This document shows positions 63,455 through 64,000 of a DNA stretch of 64,000 nucleotides, piece by piece. Position numbers and translations under genes: made by a program. Where the stretch lies: contig CM120641.1 in the NCBI GenBank assembly GCA_051362555.1, positions 27,782,401-27,846,400 of the forward strand, in the 5' to 3' direction. The notes beneath the pieces were generated by a model. The model searched no databases and had not been told where the DNA came from. It saw nothing but the letters and a program-made list of their open reading frames with translations. How positions within the stretch are numbered: the first letter of the stretch is position 1; every line of letters begins with the position of its first letter. The DNA comes from Lingula anatina (lineage: Eukaryota > Animalia > Brachiopoda).

Positions 63455-63921
63455 TTACGGATTTCCTTTTGAATCTTTGCCATTTTCTGTTGTTTCCTCA
63501 TCTTCACCTTCAGCTGCCTTGTTTTCCTAAATTCAGATCCAAAGGTAATTAAATGTACATTCATAATAAGAATACTATTAAATCCATGAATTTAGAGATT
63601 ATTAAAATCAAGTCAATTTAGATCTCTAACATAATACTGCATTTGCATGCTTTGTCATTAGCAGTTAAAACCAGAATAAAAATTCTTGAAATAATAGTTG
63701 CATTTTTTTTTATATTTCAACCACACTATACTACTGTATAAAAACAAAGCTTTAATTCTTTACTTTTCCCTTCTGCAGTTTTAATTCCACTTTGTTTGCT
63801 GTTTCCTCTACATCATCTGTTAAGTTGGAGACAATAACGGCAGCCCAGGCCAGGCCCAAAACAATCCATCCAGTCACAGCCAAACGATACACACCCCGAA
63901 AGGCTGGATCACTTTCAACAC
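63455..63921 (-). CDS. Two-pore-domain potassium channel (KCNK, TREK/TALK-like), last two coding exons; rest beyond right edge
   Basis: Exon 63764-63921 GVESDPAFRGVYRLAVTGWIVLGLAWAAVIVSNLTD... resembles the K2P M4 helix (Y..xxxxWIxxGLAW/Y); exon 63455-63526 ENKAAEGEDEETTENGKDSKGNP-stop; phases compatible. Confidence 0.8.
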
Positions 63922-64000
63922 CTGAAAATCAGAAAAGAAATATCAATTTTCAAACCTTTAACATAATGGTACAAAATACTTAAATCAACACCCAAATGAT

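Noticed and set aside
768-63921. Functional secretory-pathway gene cluster or operon (all genes on the minus strand)
   Set aside because: Genes have separate promoter-like regions, and co-orientation of a handful of loci, one pair being a tandem duplicate, is unremarkable.

Overview
AT-rich, intron-rich animal genomic DNA (an invertebrate, probably spiralian/mollusc-like; this is inference). I reconstructed exons by hand from splice signals and codon phase. All recognisable genes lie on the minus strand. From left to right: the 5' part of MGAT5/GnT-V (13 coding exons, running off the left edge); a complete 4-exon MZB1/pERp1-like ER protein ending in KDEL; a complete 9-exon, 387-aa orphan coiled-coil gene; an unusual 5.2-kb tandem array of 23 exon-plus-short-intron units that cannot form a continuous ORF (candidate spliced repeat lncRNA), with diverged related exons downstream; two intact tandem 13-exon arylsulfatase B/I/J-like paralogs from a ~7-kb duplication; and the last two coding exons of a K2P (KCNK) potassium channel. 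Introns and intergenic DNA hold CR1/L2-like and Rex/Babar-like LINE fragments, many MITEs (several with clean TSDs) and microsatellites. No tRNA, rRNA or CRISPR features were seen.
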